Below, one piece after another: positions 36,820 to 46,554 of a stretch of 64,000 nucleotides of DNA. The notes beneath the pieces are model-generated. The model did no database searches. It worked only from the letters and a program-made list of their open reading frames with translations, and was not told where the DNA came from. The stretch spans positions 31,779 through 95,778 of the forward strand of contig JBNGCW010000003.1 in the NCBI GenBank assembly GCA_049975525.1, written 5' to 3'. Source of the stretch: Anaerolineae bacterium (GTDB taxonomy: Bacteria; Chloroflexota; Anaerolineae; B4-G1; SLSP01). Both the position numbers and the translations under genes were made by a program. Within the stretch, counting starts at the first letter, position 1. Every line of letters starts with the position of its first letter.

Positions 36820-37821
36820 ATGAATAAAAAACCGTTAGCAGCGTATGCCAACGACTTGCTGAAGCAACTCTACCGCCGGATGGTGCTGGTGCGCGAATTT
36901 GAGTTGCGCGCTATCGAGGAGCGGCGCGGGGGCTTGATCCCTGGCTTCATCCACTCCTGCGTGGGCCAAGAGGCCTCGGCCGTGGGCGCGACGGCGGCGC
37001 TGGAAGCAGATGACGTCATCACCAGCACCCACCGGGGCCACGGCCACCTGCTGGGCAAGGGCGGCGATCCCAAGTATATGATGGCCGAGCTGGCCGGGCG
37101 TTCGTCGGGCTACTGCCTGGGGCGCGGCGGCTCGCTGCACATCGCCGATTTCGACCTGGGCATTCTGGGCGCCAACGGCATCGTCGCCGGCGGCATCCCC
37201 ATCGCTGTGGGTGCGGCGCTGGGCTTCCAGATGCGGGGGGAACGCCGCGTGGCGCTCTCTTTCTTCGGCGACGGCGCCGTCAACGAGGGCGCCTTCCACG
37301 AGGCGGCCAATCTGGCCGGGCTCTGGATGCTGCCGGTGATTCTCTTCTGCGAAAACAACCTCTACGGCGAAGGGACGCCGCAGGACGAGCAGGCGCCCAT
37401 CACCGATCTGGCGAAGCGCGCCGAGAGCTACGGCTTCCCCGGTGTCATCGTCGACGGCCAGGACGTGCTTGCCGTCTACGAGGCGGTGAAGGCGGCGGCC
37501 GAGCGCGCCCGCGCCGGTGACGGCCCCACGATGATCGAGGCTAAGACCTACCGCTACCGGGGCCACTACGAGGGCGATCCGCAGATCTACCGCAAGCCCG
37601 GCGAAAAGGAAGCCTGGCAACAACGCGATCCCATCGCCACGTTCCGACAGCGGCTGCTGGACGGAAGCGAGATCAACGAAGAGGAGCTGGCCGAGATCGA
37701 AGCCGCCGTGCAGGCGCAACTGGACGAAGCGGTTGCGTTTGCGGAGGCAGCGCCGGAACCGGCTACTGAAGAAGCACTGGCGGGCGTCTATGCGGACACG
37801 CATGACGGGTTAGTCTTTTAG
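36820..37821 (+). CDS. acoA: TPP-dependent dehydrogenase E1 alpha (acetoin/pyruvate DH type)
   Basis: GFIH..GQEA, HRGHGH, GRGGSLH, GDGA..ENN, TYRYRGH. Confidence 0.85.
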   Translation: MNKKPLAAYANDLLKQLYRRMVLVREFELRAIEERRGGLIPGFIHSCVGQEASAVGATAALEADDVITSTHRGHGHLLGKGGDPKYMMAELAGRSSGYCLGRGGSLHIADFDLGILGANGIVAGGIPIAVGAALGFQMRGERRVALSFFGDGAVNEGAFHEAANLAGLWMLPVILFCENNLYGEGTPQDEQAPITDLAKRAESYGFPGVIVDGQDVLAVYEAVKAAAERARAGDGPTMIEAKTYRYRGHYEGDPQIYRKPGEKEAWQQRDPIATFRQRLLDGSEINEEELAEIEAAVQAQLDEAVAFAEAAPEPATEEALAGVYADTHDGLVF

Positions 37822-37863
37822 TCGGGTCGTCGGATAGTCATTAGTCGGGTCGTCGGATAGTCA
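37811..37863 (+). repeat. 8-bp TAGTCnnn array with a 22-bp direct duplication
   Basis: TAGTCGGGTCGTCGGATAGTCA at 37819 and 37842; overlaps the E1 alpha stop codon. Confidence 0.75.
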
Positions 37864-37908
37864 AGAGACGGAACACACAATGCGATACAACATACAACAA
37901 GGATAACC

Positions 37909-38889
37909 ATGCGAGAAATCAGCTATTCAGAAGCCATCCGCGAGGCCATGAGCCAGGCCATGCGCCGCGATCCCAGCGTCTTTCTCATGGGCGAGGACGT
38001 CGCCACCTTCGGCGGCGTCTGGGGCGTCTCCGCCGGGATGTTGGACGAGTTCGGCCCGGAGCGCGTGCGCGACACGCCCATCAGCGAGATCGCTATCATC
38101 GGATCGGGTCTGGGTGCGGCGCTGGTCGGCATGCGGCCCATCGTCGAGATTATGTTCGGGGATTTTCTGATGTGCGCGGGTGACCAGATCGTCAACCAGG
38201 TCGCCAAGGCACGCTTTATGAGCGGCGGCAAGGCCGACGTGCCCTTAACCATCCGCGTGACCAGCGGCGCGCCCGGCTCGGCGGCGGCGCAGCACTCCCA
38301 AAGCCCCGAATCGTGGTTTATGAACGTGCCCGGACTCAAGATCGTCACCCCGGCCACGCCCGCCGACGCCAAGGGCCTGCTCAACACGGCGCTTCGCGGC
38401 GAGGATCCGGTGATCTTCTTCGAGCACAAGATGCTCTACGACGTCAAGGGGCCTGTGCCCGAAGACGCGGACTTCGCCGTGCCCTTCGGGCAGGCCAACG
38501 TGCTGCGCGAGGGCGCCGACGTGACCATCATCGGCGTCGGCATCATGGTGCAGAAAGCGCTGGCGGCCGCCGAGCTACTGGCAAAAGAGGATATCAGCGT
38601 CGAGGTGGTCGACCCGCGCACGTTGGTGCCGCTGGACAAGGAGACGCTCATCGCCTCGGTTGCTAAGACGAGCCGCGTGGTCATCGCCCACGAAGCGCAT
38701 CTGCGCTCAGGCCCGGGCGCGGAAATCGCCGCCATGTTGGCCGAGGAAGCCATCGAGTATCTTGACGGTCCGATCCGGCGCGTCGGTGCGAAGAACGTGC
38801 CGCTGCCCTACAATCCGCAGCTGGAGCGCTACGTCTTGCCGGACGTCGACGAGATGGTCGAGGCTGTACAGTCGTTCTGGACGGCGTAG
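37909..38889 (+). CDS. acoB: TPP-dependent dehydrogenase E1 beta
   Basis: GEDV, RDTPISE, AAQHSQS, PGLKIV, FFEHK. Confidence 0.87.
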   Translation: MREISYSEAIREAMSQAMRRDPSVFLMGEDVATFGGVWGVSAGMLDEFGPERVRDTPISEIAIIGSGLGAALVGMRPIVEIMFGDFLMCAGDQIVNQVAKARFMSGGKADVPLTIRVTSGAPGSAAAQHSQSPESWFMNVPGLKIVTPATPADAKGLLNTALRGEDPVIFFEHKMLYDVKGPVPEDADFAVPFGQANVLREGADVTIIGVGIMVQKALAAAELLAKEDISVEVVDPRTLVPLDKETLIASVAKTSRVVIAHEAHLRSGPGAEIAAMLAEEAIEYLDGPIRRVGAKNVPLPYNPQLERYVLPDVDEMVEAVQSFWTA

Positions 38890-39013
38890 CCACAGTTCAC
38901 CCACAGGGGGAAAGGGGGTGACGAAAAGGCCCTTTGAGAAAAGTCAGAACAAATCATAGTATTCAGTCCAAGGTCTTCATGATTGACACATTCAGATTTT
39001 AAGGAGACATAAG

Positions 39014-39796
39014 ATGTCACAAGTTCCTGCTGGTCAAGAACGAGAGGTTGAATTCCTGGGTGGCGCTTCCATCGATGGCGCTCCGGTAGCGTACATCGTC
39101 GTCCTGGCGGCAGTCTGCACCGCGCTGGCCTTCATCCCCTTCTCCGTTGTCCTCGCTTCCGGCGGTAGTTTCCCCATGAGCCAGGGCGTCTTTCCCCTGG
39201 TCGGTTGGGTGCTCGGCCCCATTGCCGGCGGCGTCGCCAGCGGCATCGGTGCGCTGATCGGCGTCTTCGTCGCTCCGCACACTGCCGGCGTCGCCGTGGT
39301 CACGGTGATTGGCGCCATGGTCGCCAGTTTCGTTGCCGGGCTGATGCGGCCTGATGACCGCCGCAGCGCCTGGGCCCTGCCCACCGTCATCGTCGGCGTC
39401 ATCTGCCTGCTGCTTTTCGCCGGACGCGCCGTCGTCCAGAACGGTGTCGGTGTCGGTAACGCCATCCTGGGCTCCTTCATCGATTGGTCCGGTCTACTGC
39501 TCTTCGCCTTGCCTACCCGCAAACTCTTCGGCAAGTGGATTAAAGGTGAGAACCTGGGGCTCCTCGCCTTGGGCCTCTTCCTGGGCACCTGGATGGCAGG
39601 CGGCGTCTCTCACCTGGTACAGACCACCATCACCTATTTCATGTTCAACTGGCCCGAGGACATCTGGATCATGCTGATCACCATCATTCCCCTGGAACAC
39701 TTCTTCCGCAGTCTGATCGGCACCGTGATTGGCACCGGCGTCATTGCCGGTCTGCGCGCCATTGGCGTGGTCAAACCCGCCGAGGCCGTTTACTAA
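39014..39796 (+). CDS. ECF transporter S component, specificity unknown
   Basis: Multi-TM protein with LGPIAGGVA motif, directly upstream of ECF A-A' and T genes. Confidence 0.75.
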   Translation: MSQVPAGQEREVEFLGGASIDGAPVAYIVVLAAVCTALAFIPFSVVLASGGSFPMSQGVFPLVGWVLGPIAGGVASGIGALIGVFVAPHTAGVAVVTVIGAMVASFVAGLMRPDDRRSAWALPTVIVGVICLLLFAGRAVVQNGVGVGNAILGSFIDWSGLLLFALPTRKLFGKWIKGENLGLLALGLFLGTWMAGGVSHLVQTTITYFMFNWPEDIWIMLITIIPLEHFFRSLIGTVIGTGVIAGLRAIGVVKPAEAVY

Positions 39797-39812
39797 AGTC
39801 AGGATGTGTCCG

Positions 39813-39852
39813 TGATGCGTGAGAGCCCTGATACACAACTCGCGCATCACGG
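39813..39852 (+). other. Intercistronic stem-loop
   Basis: CCGTGATGCGTGAG/CTCGCGCATCACGG. Confidence 0.55.
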
Positions 39853-39917
39853 CGCTTCTGTGCAGCCATGTCTGATCAAATGTACATGGTAAATAGAGCG
39901 GTATATGGAAAGTATTT

Positions 39918-41663
39918 ATGACTGAAATTATCGCGCACTTGGATAACGTCTCGTATATGTACCCGCGTTCCGAGGCGCTGGTGCTCAGAGACATCAACCT
40001 GAAGATCCACAAGGGTGAGTTCCTGGGGCTCATCGGGCCGACGGGCGCGGGCAAGACGACGCTCTGTCTGACGTTGAACGGCATCGTGCCGCAGTTTTAC
40101 GGCGGACGTTTCTTCGGAGCGGTAACGGTCGCCGGATTGGATACGCTGGAGCACCCCATCAGCACGCTGGCGCAGCACGTAGGCGCCGTTTTTGAAGATC
40201 CGGAGACGCAGCTGACGGCGACGTCGGTGGAGAACGAGATCGCTTTTGCGCTGGAAAACCTGAAGGTCCCCCGCGAGGAGATCCGCAGGCGCATCCCGCT
40301 GGTGCTGGAAGCTGTCCGTCTGGAAGGCACCGAGGAGAAGCATCCCCACGAGCTCTCCGGCGGACAGAAGCAACGTCTCGCCATCGCCGCTGCGCTGGCG
40401 CTACAACCCGACGTCTTGATCCTGGACGAGCCGACGTCGCAACTGGACCCCGTTGGGGGACAGGAGGTCTTCGCTACCGTGCGCGATCTAAACAAGGAGC
40501 TGGGCGTGACCATCGTCATGGCCAGCCACGCCGCCGAGGAGATGGCCGAGCACACCGACCGTATGGCGCTGCTCTCCCAAGGTGAGCTGCTCAAAGTCGC
40601 CACGCCTAACGAGATTTACAGTGACGTAATCCTTCTTCAGGAGCATGCTTTGCGCCCTCCGCAGGTCGCTGAGACCTTCTACATCATCAACAACTTCGGT
40701 CTTGACGTGCCCACCATTCCGGTGCGATTGCAGGTCGGCATCGCAGCGCTGAAAACCGTACGAGAAGCCCACGATCACTGTATCAAGCCTCCCGGTGACC
40801 TGGAAACCTCCCCCTCTCCCCAAGGACGTCCGCTGCTCGTCGTCGAAGACCTCCATCACACGTACGGCGATGGCACCCACGCTCTCAAGGGCATCTCGTT
40901 GGACATCCGCGAGGGTGAGTATGTGCTCATCATCGGACAGAACGGCGCAGGGAAAAGCACGCTGGTCAAGCACTTCCTCAAGCTGCTGGAGCCGACGGGC
41001 GGCGTCGTGCGCGTCGACGGCGCCGATACCCGCGAGCTGAGCGTCAGCGATCTGGCGCGCCGCATCGGCTACGTAGCCCAAAACCCGGACAATCAGATCT
41101 TCAACACCACCGTCTGGGACGAAGTCGCCTTTGCTCTCAAGAACCTGGGACACGCTAAGGAGGAGGTCGAGGCGCGCGTCAGCGAGAGCCTGGCGTCCAT
41201 GGGCCTGCTGGAGGAACGCGACCGCCACCCCTTGTCGCTGCCTAAAGGCGACCGGGCTCGCGTCGTCATCGCCGCCATCCTGGCGATGAAGCCGGAGATC
41301 ATTATCTTTGACGAGCCGACGACGGGACAGGACTACAAGGGCGCCAAATACATCCTGGAGATCAGCCGTCGGTTGCACGAGCAGGGCAAGACGGTGATCG
41401 TGATCACCCACCACCTCTACCTGATGCCAGAGTATGCCGAGCGCGTCATCGTCATGGGCAAGGGGACGAAACTGCTCGATGCGCCCATTCGACAGGCCTA
41501 CCACGAGCTCGACGTCCTGGCCTCGACCTACCTCACGCCGCCGCAGGCGGTGCTGCTGGCCCGCTCGCTGAGCGATGATGAAGACGCCACTTATCCGCTG
41601 CTCACGCCCAGGGAAGTCGCCGCGTGTGTGACTGGACAACCCTTTGCAGGAGGTGAAGTGTGA
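39918..41663 (+). CDS. ECF transporter fused duplicated ATPase
   Basis: Two Walker A motifs (GPTGAGKT, GQNGAGKS), LSGGQKQR, two DEPT motifs. Confidence 0.92.
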   Translation: MTEIIAHLDNVSYMYPRSEALVLRDINLKIHKGEFLGLIGPTGAGKTTLCLTLNGIVPQFYGGRFFGAVTVAGLDTLEHPISTLAQHVGAVFEDPETQLTATSVENEIAFALENLKVPREEIRRRIPLVLEAVRLEGTEEKHPHELSGGQKQRLAIAAALALQPDVLILDEPTSQLDPVGGQEVFATVRDLNKELGVTIVMASHAAEEMAEHTDRMALLSQGELLKVATPNEIYSDVILLQEHALRPPQVAETFYIINNFGLDVPTIPVRLQVGIAALKTVREAHDHCIKPPGDLETSPSPQGRPLLVVEDLHHTYGDGTHALKGISLDIREGEYVLIIGQNGAGKSTLVKHFLKLLEPTGGVVRVDGADTRELSVSDLARRIGYVAQNPDNQIFNTTVWDEVAFALKNLGHAKEEVEARVSESLASMGLLEERDRHPLSLPKGDRARVVIAAILAMKPEIIIFDEPTTGQDYKGAKYILEISRRLHEQGKTVIVITHHLYLMPEYAERVIVMGKGTKLLDAPIRQAYHELDVLASTYLTPPQAVLLARSLSDDEDATYPLLTPREVAACVTGQPFAGGEV

Positions 41664-42517
41664 GCAGCCTGACGTTCCAGACCGTAGAGCGTGACTCTTT
41701 CTTTACCCGGCTTGATTTCCGGCCCAAACTGCTGCTGATGATGGTCATCACCATCATCGCCTTTGTCTGGGAAAGTCCCACGCTGGGCGGGATCCTGGCC
41801 CTGTTCATCATCCTGGCCTGCCTGGCGGTGGGCGTGAAATTCAGCTACATCCGCACCCTGGTCACCATCATGATCCCCTTCTACATCATTCTGATCCTCA
41901 CCCAGGGCTTTTTCGCTGGTCCGCTCATTACTTCGCTGACGGGCAAGACGGAGGATCAGTTTACCATGCTCTTCGTCTTCCCGGAGAACTGGTTTTGGGT
42001 CGGTGGCGCCGGCATGTCCCGGGAGGGCGTGATGTACGCACTCAACGTCGTCGCCAAGACGCTGACCATGACACTGGTAATCCCGCTGGGCATCTTCACC
42101 ACCGACGTCAACACCATGATCGTCGGCATGGTCAAGGCACGGATCCCCTACAAGCTGGCCTTTATCTTCTCCTCGACCTTGCGCTTCTTCCCGCTGCTCT
42201 TCGAGGAGATTCAGACCATCATCGAGGCGCAGCGGCTGCGTGGGTTGGCCTTTGAGAAGATGGGGCCGATCAAGCGCGTGCGCGTCTACGCCAAGGTCGC
42301 CGTGCCGTTGATCCTGGGCGCCATGGTCAAGTCGCAGATGCTGGAGGTCGTGCTGCAGTCCAAAGCCTTCTCCGGCAGCCCGGATCGCACCTATCTGCAC
42401 GAATCGAAACTGGGGCGCGCCGACTACATCGTCTTCGCGCTTTCGGCGCTTTTCTTCATCGCCGCTTTGATTGCCTACGTCGGCTGGGGCATCGGTCGCT
42501 TCGGCGGTCCGATCTAG
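41660..42517 (+). CDS. ECF transporter T component (CbiQ/EcfT)
   Basis: LDFRPKL, LRFFP, EAQRLRG. Confidence 0.9.
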   Translation: MSSLTFQTVERDSFFTRLDFRPKLLLMMVITIIAFVWESPTLGGILALFIILACLAVGVKFSYIRTLVTIMIPFYIILILTQGFFAGPLITSLTGKTEDQFTMLFVFPENWFWVGGAGMSREGVMYALNVVAKTLTMTLVIPLGIFTTDVNTMIVGMVKARIPYKLAFIFSSTLRFFPLLFEEIQTIIEAQRLRGLAFEKMGPIKRVRVYAKVAVPLILGAMVKSQMLEVVLQSKAFSGSPDRTYLHESKLGRADYIVFALSALFFIAALIAYVGWGIGRFGGPI

Positions 42518-42550
42518 ATCAACGGATGAAGCGGATTTAACAGATGAGAC

Positions 42551-42677
42551 AACTCATAAAAATCGGATTTCTCTAAAACTCGCCCCTGCATGGAGGAGAA
42601 TTTGCGGTCAAAACCACCAGATATGGAGGATGATCGACTAGAAATCAGATTCTTTCATTACCTTTTTTAGATAAGTC
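42551..42677. mobile_element. Family-B MITE, reverse orientation, degenerate
   Basis: AAAAATCGGATTT..GCGGTCAAAACCACCAGATATGG..TTTTTAGATAAGTC is the reverse complement of the 36658 copy. Confidence 0.78.
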
Positions 42678-42754
42678 AACAGATTTTGTTCCTTAAACCG
42701 TCGTTTATGGACTATGAGACTGCCAGACAATCTGACTGATTCCAGGAGGACCTT

Positions 42755-43606
42755 TTGACAACACTTACTTCACGCAACGGAGAGTTGGAGTTTGGTCCCG
42801 AATTGCCGACCATGCTCATCAACGATCAACTCCGGGTCATGGATCAGAGCCCGGAGGTTCTGGAGGAGCTGAAGGCAGGTAAGATCGACAAGCTGTTGGA
42901 ACTGGCGCGCATGGGTGCGGAGAGCGGCACGGACATGGTCGATATTCTCATCAACCATCCCGATCTGGACGAGGCGGCGCTGCTGCCCAAGATCGCCGTC
43001 GCCGTGCACGAAGAGATCGGTTGCCCTATCTCATTGGACTCCCGGGATCCGGAGGCGCTTCGCGCGGCGCTGGCAGCGCTTCGGCCCTACAAGGTGTTGA
43101 TTAACTCCATCACGGCGGAGGCCGAGGCCATGGACATGCTGCTGCCCATCGCCGCCGAGTTTGGGGCTGCCATCGTCGGCATGCCTATTGGCGATACCCA
43201 CGGGATGCCCAAGGACGTGGAGGGACGGTTAGCGGAGGCCCGCGTGCTCATCGAGGCGGCGGCCGAGCATGGTATTCCCCGTGAAGACATCGTGATGGAC
43301 GCTATCTGTCTGGCGTCATCGGCGGAGCCGGGCACCATGCAGGTGACGCTGGAGACGCTGCAAGCCTTCCACGAGGAACTGGACGTCGCTACCACGCTGG
43401 GCATCGGCAACGCGGGCCACGGCATGCCCACCCCGACCTTCATCGATCTGGCGTTTCTGGTCGCCGCCGTGCCCTGGGGCCTGGATTCGGCCCTGGTCGA
43501 TCCCAAGACGCCCCACCTGATCGAAGAGGTGCGCGCCATCGACTTCCTCACCGCGCGCGATCCGTATGGACTGCGCTACATCAAGCACTACAGGAGTAAG
43601 GGGTGA
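42755..43606 (+). CDS. Pterin-binding (DHPS-fold) protein, AcsE/MetH-like methyltetrahydrofolate:corrinoid methyltransferase
   Basis: GTDMVDI, PISLDS, LINSIT, GIPREDIVMD, GIGN, GLDSA. Confidence 0.8.
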   Translation: MTTLTSRNGELEFGPELPTMLINDQLRVMDQSPEVLEELKAGKIDKLLELARMGAESGTDMVDILINHPDLDEAALLPKIAVAVHEEIGCPISLDSRDPEALRAALAALRPYKVLINSITAEAEAMDMLLPIAAEFGAAIVGMPIGDTHGMPKDVEGRLAEARVLIEAAAEHGIPREDIVMDAICLASSAEPGTMQVTLETLQAFHEELDVATTLGIGNAGHGMPTPTFIDLAFLVAAVPWGLDSALVDPKTPHLIEEVRAIDFLTARDPYGLRYIKHYRSKG

Positions 43607-43683
43607 GGGTGGTGACGGCATCACGTAACACGAAACACGAGAACTGTCATGCGAAACATATCCGTTAACGCAGAAGGACACTT

Positions 43684-44988
43684 ATGATTGAAACTGATAA
43701 GACTCACACCGTCGTCATGCCCAAACTGGGGCTGACCATGACAGAAGCCACGCTGGTCGAATGGCACAAGGACGACGGCGAGGCCGTTGAGAAGGGCGAG
43801 GTGCTCTTCACGCTGGAGACGGCGAAATCAACCCTGGACATCGAAGCGCCGGCGAGCGGCGTGCTGCACATCCTGGTGCCGGCCGGGGAGACCGTCCCGG
43901 TCAAGACGCCGGTGGCGCAGATCGACGGAGACGCCAAAGCGCCGCAGCCGCAAGCCGACACGATGGTCAAACCAAAAATGGAAAGCGCGGCGGAGCCGCT
44001 AAAGGGCATAGACGCGAAACTCGCGCCCGCGTCGCCCAAGGCGCGGGCGCTGGCGCGAGCGCGCGGCGTTTCACTGGAAGCCATCGATGGGACCGGGCCG
44101 CGCGGCATGATCGTCGTCGCCGACGTAGAGCGAGCCGCTGTCGAGCCACAGGTCAAGGCGTCGCCCGTGGCGCGCAACGTCGCCGCACAGCTGGGCGTCG
44201 ATCTGCGCACCCTCCAGGGCAGCGGGCCGCGCGGTCGCATTATGCGCGCCGACGTGGAACGCGCTGCCAGGGTGCCCTCGCCTCCGCCGTCAGAAGCAAC
44301 CCCCGTTTCCGCCGACAGTGTCGTCGCGCTGAGCGGACTGCGTGGCATTATCGCCGAGCGTCTGACGCGCAGCTGGCGGGAGCGTCCGCAGGTCACGCTG
44401 ATCACCGAACTGGACGCCACCAACCTGGTCAACGCGCGCGCCCAGCTCAACGCTGAGCCCGATGTGAAGGTCTCGTACAACGCCTTCCTGGTCAAGGCCG
44501 TGGCGTTGGCCCTGCGCGATCACCCCGAGGCCAACGTGGCGCTCACCGAGGCGGGGTTACAGCAACGGCAGCAGATCAACGTCGGCCTGGCCGTCGACAC
44601 CGAGCGCGGCCTCATGGTTCCCGTGCTACACGACGCTGATGCCAAGGGCCTGTTGGAGATCGACCGGGCGCTGAAAGAGCTGGCCCAACGCGCTCTGGAC
44701 GGCGTCAGTTTGCCCGACGAGCTCGTCGGCGGCTCCATCACCGTCACCAACTTGGGCATGTATGAGATCGACGCTTTCACACCCATCATCAATCCATCGG
44801 AGAGCGTGATCCTGGGCGTCGGGCAGATTGCAGCCAAGCCTGTGGTCGCCGACGGCGAGATCGCTATTCGCCAGATGATGACGCTGAGTCTGGGCTTTGA
44901 CCATCGAGTCATCGACGGCGCGCCGGCCGCGCGGTTCCTGCAACGCATCAAGCGACTGCTGGAGCGGCCCGCTGCGTTGCTTATCTGA
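43684..44988 (+). CDS. acoC: Dihydrolipoamide acyltransferase E2
   Basis: Lipoyl domain MPKLG..ETAKS, two PSBDs (GTGPRG, GSGPRG), DHRVIDG. Confidence 0.88.
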   Translation: MIETDKTHTVVMPKLGLTMTEATLVEWHKDDGEAVEKGEVLFTLETAKSTLDIEAPASGVLHILVPAGETVPVKTPVAQIDGDAKAPQPQADTMVKPKMESAAEPLKGIDAKLAPASPKARALARARGVSLEAIDGTGPRGMIVVADVERAAVEPQVKASPVARNVAAQLGVDLRTLQGSGPRGRIMRADVERAARVPSPPPSEATPVSADSVVALSGLRGIIAERLTRSWRERPQVTLITELDATNLVNARAQLNAEPDVKVSYNAFLVKAVALALRDHPEANVALTEAGLQQRQQINVGLAVDTERGLMVPVLHDADAKGLLEIDRALKELAQRALDGVSLPDELVGGSITVTNLGMYEIDAFTPIINPSESVILGVGQIAAKPVVADGEIAIRQMMTLSLGFDHRVIDGAPAARFLQRIKRLLERPAALLI

Positions 44989-45002
44989 ATGAGGAGGAGC
45001 AT

Positions 45003-45440
45003 ATGCTCAGTCAAGATGAACTCCGGCAGATCCTGCAACACTCCCGCACCATCGCTGTGTACGGTATGTCAAGAGATGTTCACAAAGCAGCGCACCGCGT
45101 ACCCGCTGTCCTTGCCGATCTGGGATACAACATCATCCCTATCAATCCCTACGCGGACGAAATCATGGGCAACGTTGCGTATCCTACCCTCCTCGACGTG
45201 CCGGAGCCTATCGATATCGTGGACGTCTTTCGACCGTCGGAGGACGCCCTGCGCGTTGTGCAGGAGGCACTGACGCGGCGCGAGGCGCGCGGTGACGTGC
45301 AGCTTATCTGGCTCCAATTGGGTATCGTTAACGAGCGTGCCTGTCAGCTGGCTGAGAGGGCGGGGGTCTCCTTTGTCCAAAACCGCTGCATGGCCATCGA
45401 GGTGCCCAGGCTGCTGCCCGGCGGCCTGAACACAACTTGA
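45003..45440 (+). CDS. CoA-binding protein (YccU-like)
   Basis: IAVYGMS, IPINP, IDIVDVFR, WLQLGI, NRC. Confidence 0.9.
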   Translation: MLSQDELRQILQHSRTIAVYGMSRDVHKAAHRVPAVLADLGYNIIPINPYADEIMGNVAYPTLLDVPEPIDIVDVFRPSEDALRVVQEALTRREARGDVQLIWLQLGIVNERACQLAERAGVSFVQNRCMAIEVPRLLPGGLNTT

Positions 45441-45495
45441 GTCATATTGTATAGACCAACCTACAGTATCTTTTCCCATTCGGAGGTATCAACAG

Positions 45496-46554
45496 ATGAA
45501 AACCAAGAGCTTACGTGGACGTGATTTTCTGGCCGAGACCGATTTCTCTCAGGAAGAGATCAAGACGGTGCTGGCTGTCGCGGAGCGGCTGAAGGCCGAC
45601 CGCGCCATGGGCGTCTACCATGACGACGTGTTGCGCGCCAAGACGCTCTTCATGCTCTTCTACAACCAGTCGCTGCGCACGCGCAACTCCTTCGAGGCCG
45701 GCATGACGCAGTTGGGCGGCCACGCGCACTTCCTCGACCCGAACAAGATCTACACTCCGGCCCTGGAAGGCCAGGAGGTCGCCTACAGCACCGAGCGCGT
45801 CTCCGACGTGGCCCGTGTCCTCTCCCGCATGGGCGACGCCATCGCCATCCGCTGCTACGGCGACCCCGTCGAGTGGGAGTACGGGGCAGCCCATGCGCTG
45901 CTGCGGGAGTTCGCCAAGTGGTCCGATATCCCTGTGCTCAACATGGAGGACGACATTTATCACCCCTTCCAGGGCTTGGCGGACATGCTGACCGTCAAGG
46001 AAAACTTCGGTGGCTTTGAAGGTATCAACTTCACCATGTCCTGGGCCTACTCGCCCAGCGTCCACAAACCGCGTGCCGTGCCGCAGTCGGCCATCCTCTA
46101 CGCCACCATGCTCGGTATGAACGTCACCCTGGCCCATCCGCCGGAAATGGCGCTGGACCCCGAGATCATCGCGCAGTGCGAGGCCTACGCCGAGGCGACC
46201 GGCGGCTCTTTCCGCATCACGCACGACTTCGCCGAGGGCGTCAAGGGCGCGCACGCCGTCTATCCCAAGGCCTGGTGCCCCACGACTATCTTCCAGCCGC
46301 CTATCGGCGAGTACGACATGGACAAGTCCCAGGAGATCTTCGACCGCTACAAGGATTGGAAGATGACCAAGGAGCTGATGGAAACCGCGGCCAGGGATGC
46401 TATCTACATGCACTGCCTGCCCGCCGACCGCGCGCACGAGGTCAGCAACTACGTCATGGACAAGACCGAAGGCCCCGGTTGGCGCTCCGCCATCTTCGAT
46501 CAGGCCGAAAATCGGCTCCATGTGCAGAAGGCCGTTATGAGCTTAGTCATGTAG
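45496..46554 (+). CDS. Carbamoyltransferase, YgeW-like (knotted) subfamily
   Basis: SLRTRNSF, HPFQGLAD, SWAYSPSVHKPRAVPQS (resembles the YgeW TWAYSPSYGKP loop), HCLPAD, QAENRLH. Confidence 0.82.
   Translation: MKTKSLRGRDFLAETDFSQEEIKTVLAVAERLKADRAMGVYHDDVLRAKTLFMLFYNQSLRTRNSFEAGMTQLGGHAHFLDPNKIYTPALEGQEVAYSTERVSDVARVLSRMGDAIAIRCYGDPVEWEYGAAHALLREFAKWSDIPVLNMEDDIYHPFQGLADMLTVKENFGGFEGINFTMSWAYSPSVHKPRAVPQSAILYATMLGMNVTLAHPPEMALDPEIIAQCEAYAEATGGSFRITHDFAEGVKGAHAVYPKAWCPTTIFQPPIGEYDMDKSQEIFDRYKDWKMTKELMETAARDAIYMHCLPADRAHEVSNYVMDKTEGPGWRSAIFDQAENRLHVQKAVMSLVM

Noticed and set aside
38890-39013. Riboswitch upstream of the ECF S component
   Set aside because: No TPP, FMN, preQ1, purine, SAM or cobalamin consensus recognisable by eye
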